Shown here: piece by piece, positions 41,080-42,294 of the stretch
Layout of the letters: the number at the start of each line of letters is the position of its first letter
How positions within the stretch are numbered: the first letter of the stretch is position 1
Origin: Hydrurus foetidus
Taxonomy: Eukaryota
Length of the DNA stretch: 42,294 nucleotides
Assembly: GCA_900617105.1 (NCBI GenBank)
Contig: UYFQ01000532.1
Location: 1-42,294 of the forward strand
Direction: 5' to 3'
Program-made: the position numbers and the translations under genes
The notes under the pieces: model-generated
Seen by the model: the letters and a program-made list of their open reading frames with translations, nothing else
Databases searched by the model: none
Told to the model about the DNA's origin: nothing

Positions 41080-42294
41080 TCATCGATGTTGCTTATTGAT
41101 TAATTTAGTCATGTTATTATGACGTAAATAATCATGAAGTTTATCAACATCACGAAGATTTGAATAAGGTTCCCAAGTGTTTTTGTCTGAAGGGTAATTT
41201 AACCATTTGACTAAAAACTCTATGTGGGTACGTTGGTGTTTGCCACGATGATCAAGAATGTTTTCAACAAAGTATTCCATGTGATCACGTCGTGCAACAT
41301 CCAACGGATTTGTGATTGAAGGGTCAAATAGAAAAGGTTTCATTGCAGAAACATGAAACTCTGAAGTTTTCTGAGTGACTAAATCATAAAGTGTGTAACG
41401 CGAATTTTCGCCACTAACGACTTTTAATGGGCCTCTCCAATGCGTGTGAAGACGTGAAGGAGGGGATCCATCGCGATAGTGCACTAAGACATAAGAGTCT
41501 TTTGGATACTCTACATGCTGAAAAACTTGAGACTGACTTTGATGAAGCAAATTTGTGCGAAGAAGTTCTTTAGCAGAAGCTTTAAGAAGACTGTCTTATG
41601 TTTTGAGTAGATTGCTCATACGCTTTGACAAAGGTTTGTCATCAGTAACATTTCGCTCAGCAGGAGGTAAAAAGATACCTCTATCGAGTTTGAGTACATT
41701 TCCGAAAGAAGTTGAGAAGATGATATTTTTAAACGATCACTGTGATTAGAATTTAAAATTCGTTGCACAAATGGTAGTGACGTTTTATAATCTTCTAGTG
41801 TGACATTATCGAATGTTAATGCACGAAGATGTCTATTAACTTCTTTATTCATGCGCTCAACAATAGCATTTTCTTCTTTAGAATATGCTAAAGTAAGACA
41901 ATGTTGAGTGCCAATAAGAGTTAGAAACTCTCTAATAACTTCGGAAATGAAGTGTGGCCCATTATCAGAACGGAGTTGGAGAGGTGCGCCGAAACGACCG
42001 AAGTGTTGCAAGAGGCATTTAGCTGTTGAAAGTGCTGTAGCATCTTCTGTATGAAACAGTTCAACCCATCTTGTGAACGTATCGATAATTACGAGTACGT
42101 ACCCGCCGTCTGGAAACGGTCCTATGAAGTCTATGTTAAGGCATTCCATAGGTGTGTAAGTAGAAGTCGAGAAACCATGAGCATGTATTGGTATCTTTAA
42201 CATACTCATTTTCTGACAACACGAACAGTGATCTATGAACCACCTGACGTGCTGACGCATATATTGCCATACTATTTTTTGTCAATGAGACGCG
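41080..42294 (-). pseudogene. Gypsy pol C-terminus: integrase (HHCC end, DDE), GPY/F-like motif, chromodomain; disrupted
   Basis: CSCCQ, LNIDFIGPFP, IIDTFTRW, LRSDNGPHF, NAIVERMN, WRGPLKVV, EYFVENILDHR..EFLVKWLNYPSDKNTWEP. Apparent 1-bp deletion near 41705-41707 and in-frame TAA at 41598-41596. Confidence 0.88.

Larger units (their letters stand above)
40618..42294 (-). mobile_element. Ty3/Gypsy chromovirus-type LTR retrotransposon, 3' portion
   Basis: Integrase core, GPY/F-like motif and chromodomain, then a polypurine tract and a TG...CA LTR, in canonical order on the minus strand. Confidence 0.92.

Overview
Intron-rich eukaryotic DNA (GT-AG introns, standard code), probably from a flagellated protist; the lineage cannot be fixed from sequence alone. 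Most of the window (<402..29565, minus strand) is an outer-arm axonemal dynein heavy chain with an N-terminal Kelch/Ig-filamin tail. I traced 24 phase-consistent exons by hand, and the 3' end lies outside the window. Head-to-head with it is a 14-exon proteasome lid gene, RPN3/PSMD3 (30366..35243), with a foldback MITE in one intron. Next come a 2-exon CCDC24-like gene (minus), a probable DIRS-like retroelement, and a degenerate chromodomain Ty3/Gypsy element inserted into it. The main finding is an 8177-bp array of 227 apparently identical 36-bp units (11312..19488) that amplifies the dynein exon-12/intron-12 junction. Every unit has an in-frame phase-0 splice donor, can also be read as a 21-nt GT..AG mini-intron plus a 15-nt microexon, and encodes a near copy of the spliced junction peptide. 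Whether the array is genuine or an amplification/assembly artefact needs raw-read evidence.
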